This document shows positions 8,161 to 11,182 of a DNA stretch of 11,182 bases, piece by piece (the stretch's first letter is position 1; every line of letters starts with the position of its first letter). The stretch is from a bacterium. Lineage in GTDB: Bacteria; SZUA-182; DTGQ01; JAFGSM01. Under the pieces are notes generated by a model. It was not told where the DNA came from and searched no databases. It worked only from the letters and a program-made list of their open reading frames with translations. The translations under genes and the position numbers were made by a program. The stretch lies in contig JBLIRP010000107.1 in NCBI GenBank assembly GCA_049472355.1, forward strand, positions 1-11,182. The letters run 5' to 3'.

Positions 8161-8640
8161 ATGCAGATCCTGGTGATGTACCATTCAAAGACCGGTCATA
8201 CCAAGAAACTGGCTGAAGCGATCGCACAGGGGGTCAGGGATGTGGCGGAAGTCACCTGTGTGGTGAAGCAGGTGACCGAGGTGACCAGGGAGGATTTCAT
8301 TTCGTCCGACGGCATCATCGCCGGTTCCCCGGTCTATTTCGGGTCCATGGCCGCGGAGCTCAAGGAGGTGTTCGACAAGTACGTGACGGTCAGAAACCAG
8401 ATGGGGGATAAGATCGGAGCTGCCTTTGCCACGGCCGGGGATCAATCGGGAGGGAAGGAGACCACCATGATCTCCATCATCCAGGCCATGCTGATCTACG
8501 GGATGATCATCGTCGGGGATCCGCTGGACGCCACCGGCCACTATGGGGTCTCCTGCACCGGCGCCCCGGATCAAAAGGCCGCTGCCAATGCAGCGAAGCT
8601 GGGCAAACGGGTTGCCTCCCTGGTGAAGAAGATAAGATAA
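8161..8640 (+). CDS. Flavodoxin-fold FMN-binding protein (WrbA-like NAD(P)H-dependent oxidoreductase family)
   Basis: 159 aa. FMN phosphate loop YHSKTGHTKKLAEAI, then GSPVYFGSMA, GKIGAAF-like GDKIGAAFAT and GGKETT. Strong SD AAGGAGGT. Confidence 0.88.
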   Translation: MQILVMYHSKTGHTKKLAEAIAQGVRDVAEVTCVVKQVTEVTREDFISSDGIIAGSPVYFGSMAAELKEVFDKYVTVRNQMGDKIGAAFATAGDQSGGKETTMISIIQAMLIYGMIIVGDPLDATGHYGVSCTGAPDQKAAANAAKLGKRVASLVKKIR

Positions 8641-8747
8641 ATTCGCGATAATCCTCACGGCTGCGGCCTGTGTCTATGGAATTGATTTCTCAGGATATCC
8701 CTGCCCGGACTCTTCACCTTGGATCATGTCACAATCATGGACTCAGC

Positions 8748-9146
8748 CTACGGTTCTATAATACTAATTCCCAGTTGCTTTATCCCCTTATCATAGGAAA
8801 ACAGTTCTTTTTCTCCACTGAATTCCATATTCGCGACGAGATAGCAATCTATGATATCTCCCGAATGAATTTCCCAGAGCTCAAGACATCGCTCTATGAT
8901 CCGTTTATTTTTCATATGAAAACCCTTTAGGGAAAGTATCCTTTTCACACCTTCGATAATCTCCGTCTTATTGATTTTATAAAAGCTTTTTAGAACGAAT
9001 ATAACCTGGAAAAGGACTATATCAAGGCATTCCGCCTCTAAGGTTCCATTTTGCATGTCAAGAAAAAAATCCTTTAAACCCTCTGATTGGGAATCCCTTT
9101 TTTCTACAAGATATCGGATGATGATATTTGTATCTAAGTATTTCAC
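8748..9146 (-). CDS. PIN-domain ribonuclease toxin (VapC-like)
   Basis: Typical PIN start (M/V)KYLDTNIIIRYL from GTG 9146 (an alternative in-frame ATG lies at 9173). Also DIIDCYL and LFSYDK motifs. Lies downstream of an AbrB-type antitoxin. Confidence 0.88.
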   Translation of the reverse strand: MKYLDTNIIIRYLVEKRDSQSEGLKDFFLDMQNGTLEAECLDIVLFQVIFVLKSFYKINKTEIIEGVKRILSLKGFHMKNKRIIERCLELWEIHSGDIIDCYLVANMEFSGEKELFSYDKGIKQLGISIIEP

Positions 9147-9205
9147 CTGAAGATCCCATTCAAGTATTTTCATCCCCTTTTGTGAATCGGGGATTCATGA
9201 GTCCA

Positions 9206-9457
9206 TCATTTATACCCTTCGGTAAAACCCTTTTCCGTGGCTTCTTTTATCTTTTGCTCCGTAAGGATCTTTTTCTTTTTATACTTGTTGAAGATTCCCT
9301 GAAGTTTTTCTATGCCCAGATCCTCCTTAATGGGAATGATTTTTATTCCGTCCTTTTCTTCGATTACATCCACCTTTTCACCAATCTTAATTCCATATTT
9401 TTTTCTTAGGCTTACGGGGATAACGACTTGACCCTTATTAAATACCTTTGCGTGCAT
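9206..9457 (-). CDS. AbrB/MazE/SpoVT-family antitoxin (VapB-like)
   Basis: 83 aa. AKVFNKGQVVIPVSLRKKYGIKIGEKV...E..DGIKIIP is the swapped-hairpin AbrB signature. SD AAGGAG upstream. Confidence 0.92.
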   Translation of the reverse strand: MHAKVFNKGQVVIPVSLRKKYGIKIGEKVDVIEEKDGIKIIPIKEDLGIEKLQGIFNKYKKKKILTEQKIKEATEKGFTEGYK

Positions 9458-9469
9458 GTGTCGGTCTCC

Positions 9470-9495
9470 TTTGTTATACTTACTAGTATAACAAA
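9470..9495. promoter_or_regulatory. Palindromic operator for TA autoregulation
   Basis: Perfect inverted repeat TTTGTTATACT-tact-AGTATAACAAA (11-4-11), overlapping the -10 box and predicted start site of the TA promoter. Confidence 0.8.
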
Positions 9496-9512
9496 AATCA
9501 TAACCCTGTCAA
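9485..9512 (-). promoter_or_regulatory. Sigma70 promoter of the antitoxin-toxin operon
   Basis: On the minus strand: TTGACA (9512-9507), 16-bp spacer, extended -10 TGtTATACT (hexamer 9490-9485). Confidence 0.8.
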
Positions 9513-9891
9513 GAACGTGTCCTTTTTTGTCTCTATCTCCTATTTTTGACCCCTCAGGCAAGGTGAGATGTTCTTATCACGATACCCCGGAGTCCAGGGA
9601 AACCGAATCGCATTCGCGTCTATTACTATGTAAAGGGAACATGTTTTCGGATCACCGTGTGAAGGAACTACATGCATGTATTTTCCGTTGTTTCTTTAGC
9701 AACGGAGCAACATCACGACAATGGCCATCAACGTTTAGGCAGGTATTGATCATATCCGACATGATATGTTCACACGTCCGATTCCGGCAATACCGGGGGG
9801 AGGGAATCATGATAATTTTGAGATTATAAGTTCAGTGCTGAAGGCACATCGTATGAGGTTTAATGAATTGTATCTAAAAGGAGGGAGCACC

Positions 9892-10539
9892 ATGAAAAGG
9901 GAACATATTTTCGAGAATAATTTTAACAGATTCATTGTCTATTCTGTATGCATAATTGTGACGTTCATATCCTTTTTGGCATTATCCTCGAATATTTCTG
10001 CACAGGATTACAATTTGTCTTACCTGCAGCATGAATGGGGACTGTTGCCGGTGATGTCGTATCAATATTCCCCTACCGATGTAGTTTTTGATTATGATCA
10101 GTACATTTCCCGGGTGGAACCTTTGAATCCAGGGATGGCAACGGCGCTATATACATATTCCCACTTGTCCGGCGCAGGTCTGCAAAACACATATCTATAC
10201 AATGTGTATACGAATCCTGGTGTCTCAGCAACTCCGGCTCGGTTACGCAACACGGTTTTTGAATTCTGGATGAATACCGGCGGGCAATCAGGCAATCCCG
10301 GTTCCGGAACGAACATCTGGTTTCCTCAATCACCTAGTCGCAGCAAACCGTCTCCCTCACCCCGAATGCCGTTTCCGATTCCTGATTATTGGGGTTTCTC
10401 GGCGTCTCCGATCGGGCCGAGTATATATATGGATACCACATGGACTTCAATAGGAGGAGGCCTTTCCTCTCCTCCTGTTGGTCTGTGGTCTCCACAAGGC
10501 GGCTACGGTCTGGGGTTTATGAGCGGCATATCCTTTTAA
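9892..10539 (+). CDS. Hypothetical secreted protein, Tyr/Trp/Gly/Pro/Ser-rich
   Basis: Strong SD AAGGAGGG before ATG 9892; 215 aa. N-terminal hydrophobic stretch ending NISA|Q suggests a Sec signal peptide. No family recognised. Confidence 0.7.
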   Translation: MKREHIFENNFNRFIVYSVCIIVTFISFLALSSNISAQDYNLSYLQHEWGLLPVMSYQYSPTDVVFDYDQYISRVEPLNPGMATALYTYSHLSGAGLQNTYLYNVYTNPGVSATPARLRNTVFEFWMNTGGQSGNPGSGTNIWFPQSPSRSKPSPSPRMPFPIPDYWGFSASPIGPSIYMDTTWTSIGGGLSSPPVGLWSPQGGYGLGFMSGISF

Positions 10540-10722
10540 TCTCTATCAGCGCAGGCAGGATGGCAGGGCTTGGCGCGTTCGGAATGATATCGGATGTTGA
10601 TTAAGAATTTAAAACAAGTGGGTCCGGACGGGTATACAGCGGGGTGTATGCAATTGCGCATCGTGATAATGAGGTAAAATCCCGATGGCCTTATTGACCG
10701 GCAGCCTCCTGGTAAGATTTTT

Positions 10723-10760
10723 GAGGGCGGCGGATGTTTCGCCGCCCTCTCTTTGTTTTT
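10723..10760 (+). terminator. Intrinsic (Rho-independent) terminator
   Basis: Perfect 10-bp stem GAGGGCGGCG / CGCCGCCCTC (10723-10749), followed by TCTTTGTTTTT. Confidence 0.85.
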
Positions 10761-11087
10761 ATTTGCGTCGTTTCTCCTCACTCCATGATACCTCCTTTTT
10801 TTCGGAAGGTATCCATCGATAATCTTTCCGGACCGGACACCATACATTGAAAAATAAGGAATCGATCGGCTCAAGGGTTCCTGTCAAGGGCTCCCTGTCG
10901 TGCCATGGCAATAGAACAATCCATAGATAACGGACGATACTATATGTATCTATTATGGAAGGTTATAGGGCGTATGCCCGCAATGCTTCACCTTTCCATG
11001 GGAAGGAATCATGATCCTTGATGGCGGCCCATTTATTGTTGGAATTTCAATTGATAATCCGCGCGATCTATTGAACAGGAGTATGTC

Positions 11088-11182
11088 ATGAATGAGCAGG
11101 AAAACCCTACACCCGGTATCCTCGGAATATGGAGCAACATGAAGCTCATACATAAGCTCGCGTTTTGCAATATCGGCTTTAT
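11088..11182 (+). CDS. N-terminus of a probable membrane sensor or methyl-accepting chemotaxis protein (runs off the window)
   Basis: AGGAG 6 nt before ATG 11088. The frame is open to the window end: MNEQENPTPGILGIWSNMKLIHKLAFCNIGF... The W.NMKL..KL pattern followed by a hydrophobic start resembles MCP/histidine kinase N-termini. Not in the ORF track because it is truncated. Confidence 0.5.
   Translation, partial: MNEQENPTPGILGIWSNMKLIHKLAFCNIGF

Noticed and set aside
9626..9639. LexA (Cheo)-box-like GGAACATGTTTTCG
   Set aside because: Mismatch in the GTTC half-site, host LexA specificity unknown, and no matching copy near recX. The recA promoter is outside the window.
9428..9829. 133-aa + strand ORF across the TA promoter (also 8670-8930 and 9128-9409)
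   Set aside because: Non-ATG starts without SD, overlapping the TA genes or promoter, and no protein-like features.
9766..9891. Longer start for the secreted orphan protein
   Set aside because: ATG 9892 has a strong SD and places the signal peptide at the N-terminus.
10617..10655. c-di-GMP-I riboswitch-like ACAGCGGGGT
   Set aside because: The upstream GGCAAA / GAAA tetraloop / GACGCAAAGC core is absent.
10778..10780. Selenocysteine readthrough of the minus-strand ATG-GAG-TGA
   Set aside because: Readthrough gives a short peptide with no selenoprotein resemblance and no evident SECIS spacing.
1..11182. CRISPR array, tRNA, rRNA, IS element or integrase
   Set aside because: No regularly spaced repeats, cloverleaf, rRNA-like sequence, or transposase/recombinase ORF seen.

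Overview
Bacterial chromosomal window, GC-rich to about 8640 and visibly AT-richer after that. On the + strand: the 3' part of recA, then recX, L-aspartate dehydrogenase (nadX) and truB. A sigma70-like promoter follows, ahead of a thiamine cluster: nitrilase-superfamily amidase, His-type (sulfide-dependent) Thi4 thiazole synthase, thiC, thiE and thiD. After it come a half-size TauE/SafE-type membrane protein and a WrbA/flavodoxin-like protein. The AT-richer part holds a minus-strand AbrB/MazE-PIN (VapBC-like) toxin-antitoxin pair with a clear promoter and operator. It also holds a secreted Tyr/Trp/Gly/Pro/Ser-rich orphan protein, a long structured intergenic region with an intrinsic terminator, and the first 31 codons of a probable membrane sensor or chemoreceptor. 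Best leads: (1) the Thi4-type thiamine operon with an unexplained amidase, an atypical ThiE and candidate sulfur and electron-supply genes; (2) a 12/13-bp inverted repeat bracketing the toxin gene; (3) a 15/16-bp motif shared upstream of the last two genes. All calls come from reading motifs by eye; no searches or folding programs were run.
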